Positions 12,726 through 41,345 of a stretch of DNA of 64,000 bases are shown here, in pieces. The notes under the pieces are model-generated. The model was not told the origin of the DNA. It ran no database searches and saw only the letters and a program-made list of their open reading frames with translations. The stretch's first letter is position 1. Every line of letters begins with the position of its first letter. Location: positions 36,766,001 through 36,830,000 of the forward strand of contig CM022670.1 of the NCBI GenBank assembly GCA_012295275.1, given 5' to 3'. This DNA is from Chrysomallon squamiferum (lineage: Eukaryota; Animalia; Mollusca). A program made the translations under genes and the position numbers.

Positions 12726-15214
12726 AGAAAAAGATAAAATTAAAAAACAACACCTAAAGTTTATAAAGTTATCCTGTTACAAAGTTCAATGACTTTTTTG
12801 TTAACGGAAGATTAATGGTGTCTTTATACAAGTTAAAACACTCAACTATTGATAGAAATGTCCTCATAGCATCTACATTACATCTGGAAAAGGTCACTGA
12901 TTTGTTTTAGTTTTTTTAAAGTTGTATGATTTACCAATCTACACAATTATATTTTGTTTATTAAGATATTTTCTTTCTCCTCTTCTGGTTAAAAAATTCA
13001 TTTTTATACAGCTTCTCTAGCAATGGATGACACAAAAATCTTTAACATATTCGTGACAGATGAGATTTGTATGTGTTCTTGCAACATAAATTTGTTTATG
13101 TAGAACAGTGTTTTCTTGTTTTTTGATGTTTTACTTGCAAATGTAATCAATATACTGATGGGTCTGACACATGAAAGAAGTTAAATTTAACTTGTAAAGA
13201 AAGATTTGTCAGTTCTCCAGTAAAAGCAATCCGAATAATTAAATGAGTGTTAACAAAGCAAGAATGTATGAATTAAGATATTACAAATTAAGATGCCAGG
13301 GCAAGGACAAAATTGATTGTAATTAACTAGCTTTACTGATTAAAAAAAACCCTCAGAATGACGGATATTAAATGAACAAATAATATGAATAATACTTTTC
13401 AAAAAAAAGTTAATTTAAAAAATGAAAGAAAAATGTTTTTTTTTTGATTAGACTAGATTAGTGTCTTCATATCAGTTATCTGATAATATTTTAAAAAAAT
13501 TTTAAATCTAATTTTCTTTTGATTTGTAAAGTTTATATCTCCCAGTGTGTGTGTGTGTGTGCAGAAAAACAGCCAAGAAAAACAATCTACTGTATTCTGT
13601 GGTTAGACCCAAATCCACCACGCAGTCCTCTCTAATTTATTACTTGTGACAAGGTGAATAACAAATAAATTACTAGGTGGGTGAGGGCTATTGTCCTTAG
13701 ACAAATATTCATAGGGGAGCAAATGGCTTGGTGACAATGTTCTTGGGATGGGAACTAATATCTATGCCAAAATGGCTACCGAGACGAGGTTTCAATTTAA
13801 TGGTAATTTTGTATTACTGGAGTCATGGTCTATTTTAAAACATTGAAAAGTCTTATTTACTGGGTAGAATCAAACAGAACTAATGTGCAATGAATACAGG
13901 TGATTAATGTGAAAAACAGTAGGAAAATAGCACGAAGATTTAATGCACCATTGTCTAATTCAAAACTGACCAAACAAGATGGAAATTTGTTTTTGTGAAA
14001 AGCTTAGATGTAGATTAAGTGACGTTGTAAAATAATTTAGTGATTCTCAATAAGGAGATTTCTAGTGTTTATTTAAAAGGGACAAAGTGATTACAATTAA
14101 TTTATGAATTGTAGTACTATTTTTATATTATGCTTTCACTTTTAACTGCTTTTAGAAATATATATTTATATATATATATGGAAAAACATTAATTGCTGTT
14201 TTTGGCTGTGATATGAAAATAGTTTGGATGAGTCATAAAGAAATGTCACTTGCATCTGGAATGAAATATCAATATTTTTACTCTTAAACAATACTGAATG
14301 CATACAGTATCAGAGTTTAAAAAAAGAATTTAGAAAATAAATTATAAAATTAAAAAAGAAAATATATTGATAAACAAAAGCTAAAAGAACAAATAACAGA
14401 ATTTAAAAGGATAAATCAGGCCAACATTAAGTAGTTCAACAGATACATACCTTTTTACCCAGAATTATTTATTGAAAAACCCCAAATAAAGATTTATCTA
14501 ATAATATTAGGACCAACCTGGGTGCCACAATCAGCTACTGACCACAATCTGTTCTCTACTGAAATGAATGTCACCTTACTTACTGTGGCAGAATTAGAAG
14601 TTACTTAGGTACTATACTAGACTGATGAAAACATGATACGACACCTTGGAATTCTGTTATATATCAGTTTGTGGTGTCTGTAAGTTAAAAAAGGAAGCCA
14701 AATCTACATTGGTCGATAAAAGTTTAAGATTTTAGGGCTTAGACTGAACCCAGTACCAGCTCCTGTCTAGAACTGTTTGGATACTTCTAACACCCTTTTT
14801 TTTTTCTCTGAAACATTAACCATCTCACTGTCTTGAGCAGACACCTCAGACTACAGGATTGAGATACCAAGACATATGTGCTTGAGCCTTTAATTGGATG
14901 GAAGAAGGTTTGGTAGTGTTGACTGACTGATTTGAGTGATTATGTCCAGACGTTCAAGAGGCAAGCCACAACAGAAGTTCCACATGTTTCTCCACTTTGC
15001 TAGTAAGATGGAGTGTCTTACTGGTGATATATGCAGGCTGGAGTAATTCAGTAAGTCTGCTTGACAGACCACTTCTCCATCTCTCTCTGTCTGTAGCAAG
15101 TTCTGTGACAAGGGAACAACATAATATCATTAAATCATTATTAGAAAGGTAGCAAGATGACTTTTAGGGAAAATAGATAAAAAAGAGATAAAATTGGGAA
15201 AAAATCCAGAGAAA

Positions 15215-15545
<331 letters not shown>

Positions 15546-17572
15546 TAAATGTAAAACTGAATTCTCTGATGTTAGAAAACCCAATCAACACAGGCGAAAT
15601 TACATTGTCATTACAAACAGGAAAGTGCAATCAAATCAAGATTTCTGCTAAAAACAGTGTTTAACAACTGTGGAACTCTTTTGCTCAGAAAAGAACAGAT
15701 CATGACACTTGGTTAATGTTAATGAAACGAGGTGAATGTACTGACACAAATGAAGATGAGAACAAAATCAGAATATTTACATAAGACATTTCTAAGTAAA
15801 ATGTGAAATAAAAACACAAATGAATAATATATCTTTGATGTTTCTAAGCTTAAATAAGAAACTAAAGATATTTTTTAATCAAATCTGCCAAAAGATAAAA
15901 GCAAAAACATGATTTAATATAAGCCACATTTACAAACTGGAATAAAATAGAAAATATAAAGTCACAAAAACATAAACATGAATCATGAACTATGAGTTTT
16001 AATCATGTTTTGTCTGAGAATTCAGCAAAGAAAAAAAACGACAGACATTTGTCAGCCTTAATGAACCTTTTTTTTTTTTTTTTTTTTTTTTGTTCTTGGC
16101 ATAGAAAACAGACCAGAAAATGGAAAGTTTGTTAGGTAAGATGCCAGAAAATACGGAAACTAAAAACCTTTTAACAAGTTTACATTTGTTTTTCACTTGT
16201 TAAATTTGTTCTTCTGCTTTATCTGATCTGTTAGGATATTTAGCATTTTTCCTTAGATGATGATGTCATGGAACTTAAAAACTTATCTTTTTTTTTAACA
16301 AACAACCATGGCCCATTTTCATATCTGCTATATTTATCAGTAAGTTTTGGAATGTATCTATTTTCCCTTTGTCAAATTACTTTTTCTTTTTCTTATGCTT
16401 TCTTCCTTACCATTTTTTGATTTTCATTTTTTTCTTTTATTTCTTTTTTGTTTTTTCTTATTCTTAATTTTTTTGTAATTTCAATTTTTTTTCTTCATGT
16501 TTTATCATCCATAATTGATAACAAGGCTTTTTTCATTTTCTCTTTGTCAAATAACCTTTTAAACAGTTTCCATCTTCTTTTCATATTTCTGCATCATTAA
16601 CCCATGAAAAAGCTTTTAATTTTTTCTTTGTTTAATTATTTAAAATCTTCATTTTTTTTGTTTTCTTTTTTTTTATATTTATTATTTTAGTATCAGAAAA
16701 TGAAAAAAAATTGAAGTCTGTTGTAATTTTCAAGTTTTATATTTGAATTATTTCTTTAATAAATAGGCTTTTTTTTTATTGATTTCTTTGCAGTTACTTA
16801 TGAAACTGCATCAGAATCATAAATCGCATGCAAGATTTTGTTTTGTATCAGAATATTTAAAATATAAAATAAAGATGATTCATTGCTATTAGAAAACAAA
16901 GCTTAGAAACATCAAAGATTATACTACTGAAAAATAAAACTACAAAAAGAAACTCAAAAAACAAACAAAAACAAATTCTTTATTAATGCACTCATATATT
17001 TATTTTATTGTTTAATTTATATTGCTTATATATATATTTTTTTTTTTTTAAGATAAATAAGAAGAAGAAAAAAAATTCTTTGCCATGCTTAGACATAAAC
17101 AGGTCAAAAGAACTGGGTTAAAAAAAAAAAAGAGAAGTAAAAAGCTTTTCTGTACCATTCATCAAACATACATTTATCTATTATCTGTCAATGAAACCAA
17201 AAATAGAAATGTTTTGTTTTTACATTTATGACAATGATTAATCACCCTTTGTTTCATTGTGGAGAAACATAAAAAGATAAAGCCTATTATTATCAAATAA
17301 AGAAAGACTGAGAGAGAGAGAGAGAGAGACAGAGAGAGACAGACAGAGAGATAAGAAAAAGTTAGTGGAATAGAGTTAGAAAAGGATGAAATGGATGAGA
17401 CTGATAATAAAGGTATACACAGTCAAATACAGAAATAGAGAGTGAGTGAGAGAAACTGAGAGAGCTAGCTAGTTTGAGTGACAGATGAAATACAAAGGAG
17501 AGTAAGAGAGAAAAAGGATGAAGAGAAAGAAGGACAAATAGATTGAAAAAGAGGATACACAAACACCCTTAC

Positions 17573-17726
<154 letters not shown>

Positions 17727-17744
17727 TAAAAGGAGTACCTAATA

Positions 17745-17935
17745 ACTAATTATTGATCAGTAGCAAGAATTCCTCTACTCCCAAGATGTGTTTGGAATGT
17801 GAAAAGCTTAAACTGTATTGACTCTCAAACCATTGAAGACATGTAGCAATATTCACTTTTAAAAAGTGTTGTCTTATTACCTGTTTGTCTAAATGTCTGT
17901 CTCTTACACATAGAGAATAAAATAAAACACACACA

Positions 17936-17990
<55 letters not shown>

Positions 17991-18240
17991 ACACCTGCAG
18001 AGAAAAAGAAAGATACAACAAAAATTCGTGAAGCTGCACACAATATCTAGCTATTGATTGGTAGTATGAATTATTTGGCTCCCTCCCACACACCCAGTAT
18101 GTGTTAGGAAAGTGAAAAGCTTAAGTTTTATTAACCCTACATCATCCTACGAAACCTCAAATCACTCAAGACATGCAGCAATTTTCACTGAACATAATCA
18201 CGTCTGACTCTGTCTGTCTGTTTAAATGTCTGTCTCTGTG
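17745..18240. repeat. Diverged direct duplication (~160-190 bp) flanking a (CA)n tract
   Basis: GTGAAAAGCTTAA..CTCAAA.CA.T.AAGACATG.AGCAAT.TTCACT..TAAATGTCTGTCTCT occurs twice. Confidence 0.75.
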
Positions 18241-18871
18241 CTCTCACATTAAGGCTATTAAATTAACTAATAAGCCAGAGAGTGTGTTAGAAAAATGTCA
18301 CTTGGTTTTAAACAATTGAGTTTCTCCTACAGTCCAATCCATCACTGATACTATGACCTTTTGTCTGCAAACACAAGCGTCTGTCAGAGAAAGACACAGG
18401 TCTTGGAAAAAAACAGCTTGAATCGGAGAAATGATATCAGTTAAGACAAACATGTTCAGTTACAAATCATTGGAATTACACTTGTATGTAAACAGTTCTG
18501 TGTAACTTGGTTTTAAACTGATCAAAAACAAATGGTAAAAATGTAAACATGCTTGTGAATTATACATAAGAAACACACACATTCATATAGAGTAGATAAA
18601 AGAATTTATGAAAATATATATAAACATTATACATAAGAAACAGAGACATTCATAATTTGTAAAATATGTATAAACAAATATATACTAGTAAACATATATA
18701 AGTTTATACATATTCCCACACACACACTGACACACAAACACACAGACACACATTCACATAGAATGTATTTAAAATAATTTAAACAAATAAATACAATTAT
18801 GTATAAACAAATATAAATATATTTACATTAAACAGATGAAAAAAAAAAAGTAACCATGAATTAAGAATTGA

Positions 18872-18935
18872 GTTTGATTAGCAGCAAGCAATCTTTAGCA
18901 TTTACCTTCTCATATACAGAAGAGTATAAGCCAAA
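18872..18935 (-). mobile_element. Short SINE-like core fragment
   Basis: GATTAGCAGCAAGCAATCTTTAGCATTTACCTTCTCATATACAG. Confidence 0.35.
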
Positions 18936-20178
18936 ATGGTCAATGAATCATCAAACTCAACTAATGAAAAAAATATATAATTGTGAAAAATATATAGTCA
19001 AATATACAACTACATTTTCGTGCCTTCTGCAGATAATTAATTAAAAATTTGTTATTAAAATAATAGATTTTTGTCTAAAAACCAAATAAAGAAGGCTTTA
19101 TTGCTATTTCAGTACTCATTGTAATATTCAAGTTATCATAAAATCCAAATTTCTTAAATTAGTCAAATATTTTAGGGCTTTATATGAAGTAACCATGGAA
19201 GATAATAAAAGAAAGAAAGAAAGAAAGTATAATAAGAAGAACAAAAATAATACATCCAATAAAACAAGCAAGAAAAGAATCTCAGTTAAGTGCATAAATA
19301 TCTTAGACGTTATTCTTCAGGACTAATTTCCCTTCTAACGATAAATTTACTTTTCTGATAGATTTTTCTAAGAATATACCAAGAATAAATATAATCTTTA
19401 TGTTCTTCATAAGGCATTGTTATAACAATGATAAAAGATAAAAAGAAATATAATTAAAAGACAAATAACCCCTCAAAAAAAAAAAAAAAAAGAATAAAAA
19501 GGAAAAAGAATTTTTTTTTTTTGAAAATCAATTGAACTTCATAAAATATATGATATTTTTGGTTAGTTTCCACAGGTTTCATAGGAAATGTGTAAATAGT
19601 TAATTTAGTGGTATGTAGTTAGTTGTTTAGAAATGACATCAAAGACTGCTGGATCCACTTTCTTTAGGAAAACGATTAGGTTATTTCCCATTTTAGCTAG
19701 TGCCTCAGAATTACTTTAATTAATTTTTAAAAATCACAAATCTATAACTAAATAATGATTTTGATGATAATAATAATGTCAACAAAAACAGTGATAAAAA
19801 TAACAGTAACAATAATAATAATAATAATGGCAGTTACAATATATATATATATTACTTTTTGTTTTTTTTTTTTTTTTTAATATTGGAAATATATCTGAAA
19901 ATTGCTTAAAGGGTAATTCAGGCATTTACAGTGAAAAAAACAAAAAACAAAGAAAGAAACACAAAAAAAACCCCACAACATAATAATAACAATAATAAAA
20001 AATTATTATCATAAGATATATATTAAAAAAAAAATAATAATAATAAAAAATAATACACAATAAAAAGAAACAACAACAACAACAACAACAATAATAAAAC
20101 ATGCAATGAAAAAAACACAATCTAAAAATTTCACTGTAATTATAATCATTTCTGTAACAAGTAATTGTGAAACCTTAC

Positions 20179-20190
20179 CTGGTCAGACAT
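20179..20190 (-). CDS. Candidate first coding exon (MSDQ) of an unidentified minus-strand gene
   Basis: ATCATC ATG TCT GAC CAG then strong donor GTAAGG, preceded by a ~200-nt GC-elevated 5' UTR-like island; no downstream exon identified in the window. Confidence 0.45.
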
Positions 20191-20563
20191 GATGATGCGT
20201 TGTTAATGCAGAAACCAGATAAATGTCATGTGTTGTGCTGCTGCTGTGGTTGCTGCAGATGTTGGATGTATCCAGACTACAAGCACAGTGGATGTGACAT
20301 CGCAGGTTGATGTGTGCCTAGTGGAGACTGAACTCAAACCAAGCTGTTCAATGCTCACATCTATTGACTCACCAGCTTTCTCTTAGTCAACCTTCAATGT
20401 AAAGATTTTTTCTCTCTTCATTTCTTCCACTAATGAAGACTGGCAAATCACAATCAAACCAAAAAACTTTCTCTGATCATATTAGTTGCATGAAAGTTGT
20501 AACAGGTACAATACAAAAATAATAATAATAATAATAACAAATATATAAATGATTATATTAAAT

Positions 20564-20605
<42 letters not shown>

Positions 20606-21647
20606 ATAAAAAATAAAAATATAGTAATAATAATAATAATAACTACAACAACAGCAGAAACAACAACAGTAAACTGGTGAATGTATTATTCTCATAGAAA
20701 ACTGTGAGAAAATTATAAATTTTAACAGGAAAATTGCAAAAATTATTCACTGTTACCTAATGGAGTATTTCCTGAAATACATATTTAAATGCCAATCATA
20801 ATGCAATAACAGACTTCTTTTTCATTAGTTTTATTTTTTAGGCCATTTTGTTTTTTAAGAAAAAACAAAATGGACTTGAGCATTAAATTAAGTTTCTCTT
20901 AAGTGGATATTATATAATAAATGGTTTTCTAACAATATTAGTAACAACAACAATAATACTAATAACAAGTAGTAATAAATAATAATAAAGAACTAAAACT
21001 TTAAAAAAAAAAAAAAATTAAATTAAAAAAATTAAAAAATAAAATAAAATAAAATAATAACAATAATAATAATAAATAATTATAGTAACAATATTAAAAA
21101 TAATAATAAAATAATAATAGTAAAAATAATAACAACAAAAACTACAATAATAACAATAATAATATATTACTACTACTACTAATAATAATAATAATAATCA
21201 TTATCATCATAATAATAACACTAAGTATTCATAATAATAATAATAAAAAAATAAATCTTCTTTTCTTATAATGTGGATTATTTCTGAAGAGCAGTCTCGC
21301 AGTGAATAGTCTGCGTATGTTCTTTCCCTCCAGACTCTTTTGTGGTGAGGTATATAAAGTGGTATCTGCAGCAGAACACCAGTAAAGTATAAAGGATAAT
21401 TTCATCTTTCTGGTGCATTCAGCCATTGATTTTTTTTTCCTTCTTATTACGTCAAATGCATAAACGATTAGAACAATGGTAAACATGGATCATTTTCAGA
21501 ATGTCATCATGGAACATTCAAAAAATCGTTAAGGAAAATTATCAAAGAGTGTTATTATTGTGATAGGTTTATTAAATATTCAATATCAATCTTAAGAATA
21601 TTTGGTTCACTGAATTCTATATGATGCAATTGTAATAATGTTTCTGT

Positions 21648-22015
21648 CAAATAAATGTGGATTCTTATACATGATTTTTATAACTACAAATAAAAAATAA
21701 ACAAATGTCGATTTTATAAATATAAAATAAAATAGACTAATGTAGATGATTTTTATAACTGTAAAAAAAAAAAAAAGAATGTGGATTTTTACATGACTTA
21801 TAGGTATAAAATAAAATGGATTAATGTAGACAGATGACTTTATATAACTGTAAATATACTAAAATACATGTTCTTTCTTACTTACTACTTTTATAACTAC
21901 AAATTTGACTTATATGACTTTCATAACTGAAAAATAAGTTGAATTCACATACATGATTTATAAATGTAAAATAAATGTGAAATCTTAGATATAACTTTTT
22001 TAACTGTAAAATAAT
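21648..22015. repeat. Degenerate ~35-45-bp minisatellite
   Basis: Recurrent AAATAAATGTGGATT..ATGATTTTTATAACTGTAAAA. Confidence 0.7.
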
Positions 22016-22296
22016 ATGTATTGTGATGCAACTCAAAATTGAATTTAGAAACCCTTTTTTTAAAATAAATGTTTTATTTATTTTTTTAATCCAAGAATAT
22101 AAAATTGATATTTGAAAAAAATAACTTAATTATTATATATATTATGACATCCATATAAATATATATATATTTTTTTAAAAAAAAAATTTCACAAATATTG
22201 AAAAGTAATTTAAAATCATTTAATAACAAAATTCAAGCATTATCAAAGAAAATAATACAATTATTAAAAAAAAAATAATTAAAAAATAATAATAAC

Positions 22297-22327
<31 letters not shown>

Positions 22328-22691
22328 TTTAAATTTCAAATCAAATAATAAAAACCTTGCTTCCTACATGTAAGATAAAAAAATTGTCCTGCATTTTAAT
22401 AATTTAACTAAATAAATAAAAAAACTTCATATTACTAAAGCTACTGTCATTTGTTAGAGCTCAGTTTACAAAAATCAAATAAATCAATTTGTAATAACAC
22501 ATCAGCATTTTTATTAGGTGTGAATCATGTACAGTGAACAACCACAATAAATAACACATAACTTAAAAATTGTGATGTGCTGTTAATATTCTTTTAAGTA
22601 TGGATGGATGGATGGATGGATGCATGTTTGTGTGTGCACGTGTGTGCGCATGCATGACTGTGTGGGTTTATGAGTACTTGTATGTATGGTG

Positions 22692-22729
<38 letters not shown>

Positions 22730-24379
22730 GATTTTGTGTGTATGTGTGTGTGTAATGAATAAATAAAAGTTGAACAATTAAGCACAAAATTACATCAGCT
22801 ACTGAATGTCAAACTGACGTAAATAAATGAATATATTAACAAATCTATTCAAAATTAAAATTAAAACAGGGGTCTTCTGTTGTGCAAATAAAAAAATATC
22901 TGTTTGGCAGATCAAATAAAATATTTCTGTCCAAAATTATAATGCTGCTTTATGTAATTCAACACACTTTCAAATATTTAATAATTTTAAAAAAAAAAAA
23001 AAAAATAATAATATTTTTTAAAATTAAAAAACTTGAAATGTGTGTGTGTGATTTTAAATATACTATGCTAAATTTTTAGAATAATGTTTGCAGAAGCCTA
23101 AAAGAATTGTTAAATAACTGTAACGGAGTAAAAAAATTCCTTAAACAAATATTTATATAAAAGAGGACAGAGGTAGAGAATATCAGATTTACCATGCTGC
23201 TGTTGTACCTTAATCATGTTTATCCTGCACACCTACATTTCCACATCAGCCATATTTCCATAATGGACTGGTACAATGATCTATTTTCATCCAGCACTTA
23301 TTGTTATTGCTTGTTATTGGTACGCCACACAAGAACTGTCCACTGCAAAGATGTGAATCATAGCACTGATCCAGAAATATAATGAAAATCTCTTTCAGTC
23401 GTCTGTGTGATATTGTTAAATGGTTTTCCTAACCAAGACAAGTCAATTTTGAAAAAAACATCGAAATCAATACAACGTCCGTGAGTTTGTCAGATTTCCA
23501 TGAGCCAGAGAGAGAGATGTGTACCTGGGTCATAGTAACATTTATCACTGTCACATAACAACTTGGTAGAGAAACAGTGAGAAAAAGAAAACTGAAAAAA
23601 AAAAAAAAAAAAAAAAAAAAAGACAATAAAAATAATAGATGAATTTTTTATCTTGTGAATATATTTTTGTTTTACTAAATTCATGTGCTGTATGTATTTT
23701 GTTTAATCCCTTGTCTTATGGACTTGAAAATATTTTTTTAAAAAGATAATAATAAAAGATAAAAAAAAATAAAAACAATTATAAAAAATAAGATCTATTG
23801 TAAAAGCATTTACTTGTGTGATATACATATATTTATATATGTATGCAAGTATGTATGTATATATGTAAATATGCATATGTACATAGTCATAAACATATAC
23901 ATAATTAAAATATATGAACAAACAAATATATTAATAAATAGTAAAGTAATTATAAAAATATTGTCAAGGTTCTTTATATTCAAGTTAATATTATGTTAAA
24001 GTGATATTAATATACGTATGGTGCAATTTAATCAGTTCTGTATGATTTAGATCTCATGATAAAAATAAAACAAACAGAAAAAAGGAATAAATATTTAATA
24101 AGACACAGCTAGAAAATAAAATTAAAATAATAGAAAAATAAATTAACCATTTTTTTACCATTGTAAAATTAAACTAGACTGTTTGAAAAATCACAAAAAT
24201 ATAGGAAAACCATGAAGATAGGGCCATTTTTCTCAAGAAATTTGAAAATTTAATTATTAACATTTCAATACATTTAACTTCTAATATTCATTTGATTTAT
24301 TTTAAATGGTTAGTAATCATATGGTTTGTATTAATGGTTAATAAATGTGTGATTTTTCACAATATTAATAAGAAAGAGA

Positions 24380-24525
24380 CATCATGGGACCTTTCCATGG
24401 GTAGCCAAAATAACACTCCAAAGCTAAATACACCACTTGCAGTGAAAAACATTGGTACAGGAAATAACTCAAATGGACTTCAAAGGGGGACTGATCCCAG
24501 GACCCACCATGCATCAGATGAAAAC
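24380..24525 (-). mobile_element. Decayed tRNA-derived SINE-like fragment
   Basis: Minus-strand B-box-like GGGATCAGTCCC; TTGGTACAGGAAATA matches TTGGAACAGGAAATA at ~8768; resembles gastropod SINE layout from memory, not database-checked. Confidence 0.45.
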
Positions 24526-25534
24526 TGGTATTGATAAGATCCACAGTTAAGTCTTGAGTCTAGACACTTGAGATAGTTAAGCTTCAGACTGTAATTACTG
24601 GAAAGAAGCGTATTTTTCCTGGCACTGTTTGATATTTACAGTCACAGCAACTTTTTACTGAGTTTGTAATTGGTGATGGCTGGCAATAAGCTTGTCTGTT
24701 TGTCTTCTGTAGCGTTTTAATGGCTCAAAGTTACTGGTGTCCAGATAACTTAACAATGGATTTACCAGCTCAGATGTAAATAAAATTGCTTAGTTTTAAG
24801 TGTACGAGACAATTTAAGATTATCTTGTACACGTAAAAAATTAATTTATTATAAATGTTAAAGAGTAGATGTTTGATGGGGTATAAAAATTGCCTAAAAG
24901 TGTTTTGTAAACTTCTAAGTTATTATTTTATTTGTTACAGCAAATAATAAAGCATTGCATTTAAATAACAATCTCATAAGACTTTAAAGCAGCTTGACAT
25001 TTTAATAAAAATATCAACATTTCACACATTAAAAACAGAAGGCAAACCCCCCCAAATCCCAACAAAATAACTGAATAAAAAAATAGAAATAAAATAAAAA
25101 TAAAATACAAAAATTAATAAAAAATTGAAAAAAAACCCTAATAAAATGTTAAGAATAAAAAAGAAAAAAGAAAAAAAAAGTAAGTAAATAAAATAAAATA
25201 GAAGGAAAAGAAAATTTTAAATTTAAATTTAAAGAAATAAATATGCTTGTTATTGTGCTGTAATACTTTATCATCAATCAAAGAAATAAAACAATAACAC
25301 CAAAGAGCTATTAAGTATTATTTGTATGTTCTACAATTTCAGGTAAAAAAGAAGAAAAGAATTAAAAATTAAAATCTAATTTGTTTTTCACTCTGGCTAT
25401 ATGTCAGTGACAAAAGGTAAAAAACCACAAAGTAATGACAGAAGATATCTGTAATTGCCATCCACTGAATTCTTCAAGTTTCAGAACAAACAAAGCACCA
25501 CCACCAACAAAAAACATAATAAAAAAAAAAAAAA

Positions 25535-25601
<67 letters not shown>

Positions 25602-26259
25602 TATATATATATATATATATATAATAAATAAAAATAATACCCCAAAATATATCCATAAAAAGATATTTTATGAAATACAAAAGCAACATTTTAAAATTTT
25701 AAAACCACAGGATCTTGTCCTCTTAACTCCATATCCAAAAATAAAGGAATTAAAAAAGCCCATTAAGAAACTTTTCTTAAAAATTCTCCCAAACTTTCAT
25801 GAAAAATTTCCCTCAGTTTTAACTATTTTAGACACGTCTGTTGGTAACGAACTGAACACAGTTTTGAATTAGTGAGAGTTGAGTTTCAAAAGAAACGTGA
25901 GTTCTGCTTGAAGTTAACCTTTGTCATCGAAAGCAATCAGAAACAGCAAACTCAATCAAGACTTATAATCAATCTTCTCAGCGACAATCAGACTGTGGCA
26001 AAGAACCAAAATGAAAAACAAGTTGTGAAGATTATTCTTGGGTGGTGCTTCCACAGTTAAAATAAGTTCTTTCTTTTAATAAGAAATAATGCATTTTAAT
26101 AACATTTAAAAAATTTAGATTTTTTGGAAAGATGATTAAAAAGATATTTTTTCAAAGTTTACATGTCTATGTAATGGAAAAAAAAAAAAAAAAAGCAAAG
26201 TATAAACTGCAAATTATAAATCAAACTGTCCAAACAAAATTAAAAAAAGAAAAAAAAAA

Positions 26260-26299
<40 letters not shown>

Positions 26300-28609
26300 T
26301 TGTGAGAGTTGCATGTGTGTGTATTTAAAATTAAAGTATTTAAAGACATATAAAATAAACAGTTACAAAAAAAATCTACAAAACACCTGTTTAAAAAAAA
26401 TGAATTTTTTTTAATTATTTCAAAATTAAACAAATAGATAACCAAAGAAAACCAACAAATAATTAAGACATTCTCCATAAAATATAATGTGAACAGGCCT
26501 TATGTTTTACATAAATGCAAAAAAAAAAAATCTTTATGTTAAATTAAATACAAGTAAAAAATCCAAATTTATTTTATTCTTTGTCAAGCCAAAATTTTAG
26601 ATTATATTTCAAATTTAATTGCTCTAAGACAGGTTTATTTCTGTTTTATTTTTAAAAAAATGTATTTGTATTATAATAATTCATTTCTATTATAATGTAA
26701 TAGTCATTTAGCAATGATAAACTATTAATTATAAATCAAGTCAGTTTACCAAAATATTATTATCAGATGTGAAGATTATGGATTTTGTATGATGTGGTAT
26801 TTTAGCAGTATATTTGTGTCAATACAGAATGTCAACATCAAAAAAAAAATTCAGCAATAAATATATATCTGAACAGTCTGGTAAATAGAAACAAATATTA
26901 ATAATAAAAAAATATATATATTTGAAAAAAAATCTCCAAAAATGCATCATCTTGATAATTATTGTATAGTTTTATTAAATTCAAATTTTCATATTTTTCA
27001 TATTTTTTAAGAAAAAAATAAAAAAAAAAAAAGATAAATATGATTTTTAAATAATTAAAAAAATATTTAAAAAAAAAAAAAATAAATTTACCTAATTTGT
27101 AATATAAAATCAAATTTTCTCATTTTTCATTTTTTATTAAAGAAGGATAAGAAAAAAAAAAAAAATTACTTAAAACATGTACCTAGTTTTTATATATTAT
27201 ATATATAGAAATAATTAGCATTTCCAATGAAAATGTTTTAATAATAACTGACACATACTGTATACTCACATTCACAAACACACATACAAGTTTCTTCAAC
27301 TGAAAAAAACACTTTATACAGACACCAGCTTCAAACATCTTTAAATAAATCAGCAAACTGTTCAGACCATTCCTGGCAGAGTTTAATCAAGTGAGGATAA
27401 TAACATGGTAAGAAGTAACACCAATCTAAAACACTGACAGAAAATGATTTGTGGATTTCCAATAAATCAGTGTTTTTATAGTTAATGGCTCACACTTACT
27501 TCCCTTACCTAGAATTTTTTATTTAAAAAAAAAAAAAAAAAAAAAAAATGAATAATGCTAAAAAAAAAAAAAAAAAAAAAAAATGAAATATATCTGCGTA
27601 TCTATATCTTATTTATATTTTATAAAAAAAAAAAAAAAAGAAGAAAGATAAAAAGAATAATCAGTTATATTGGAGTAGAAATAAAAATAAAATAAATTCC
27701 TTTACATAATTTTTCACTTGATATTTATAGCAATGCACTAAAATAGGTAAAATAAAAATAAACAGCTAAAAAAAACAAACAGGAAATATATCTTTTTCAA
27801 GTAAAGAATTCTTAGATAGACATCAGTAATTTTAAACTGAAGACTATATTAATTTAAAATATACAAGTAGTATTATGAACAAATGCATTTTTATATGCTT
27901 TTATTTTTTTAATTGTAAGTGATCACAGACCTTTGCCAATAATAAAGTATAAAAATAAATTAACAATGAGGTTGAACAGCATTATCAGTGGTTTATAACA
28001 GCAATGACTTTTAAATTAAACAATAAAACATTTTCTTTTTCCCATTTATCTTTAGATTTAATGTTATATATCAGTAATCTTTAGAAAACCTTTTGGTACA
28101 TAAAATTTATAAAAAAATAAAAGAAGAAATTCCATTTAATTTCTCACTTTGTATATAATGTAGTAAATTTTATTCTCATTCACATGATTAATGGATATAT
28201 TAAGAATAAAAAAAGATTTTAGAAACTGCATTTAATCTTTTATCTCTAAAAGGAAATGTTTTATATAATTCTGGACTTCCAATTTAATATGGCTTCAGTA
28301 TATTAAAACAGATTTAAAAAATGAACGAAATAAATAAAAAAGACTTGTATTAAACATTTCTCAGACCTTTATTAATAATTTTTTCCAATGTTAGAACCAG
28401 CTGCAATTTTACATTTTCAGGATCAATAGTTGTCGGTTTTTTTAACATCCTTTAACATTCTGTCATAAAATCTGCCAACTGCTGCTCTTATTTTGAAAAT
28501 CTGATAACAGGAAGCAGAAACCTAGAGAATTCTGGGATTGCACTGCAGTCAGTATTCTGATTAAGTGCTTTCCTCTCTCTCTCTCTCTCTCTGTTGATAA
28601 ACTGAACAT

Positions 28610-28615
28610 TTTATT
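28610..28615 (-). terminator. Candidate PWP2 polyadenylation signal AATAAA
   Basis: First AATAAA ~20 nt after the stop; the hexamer is common in this AT-rich DNA. Confidence 0.35.
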
Positions 28616-28634
28616 GATACTAGTTTCGATATTT

Positions 28635-41345
<12,711 letters not shown>

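Noticed and set aside
21229-21486. 85-aa minus-strand ORF in a GC-elevated island
   Set aside because: No recognisable homology or splice donor; it ends in an (AAT)n-derived tail.
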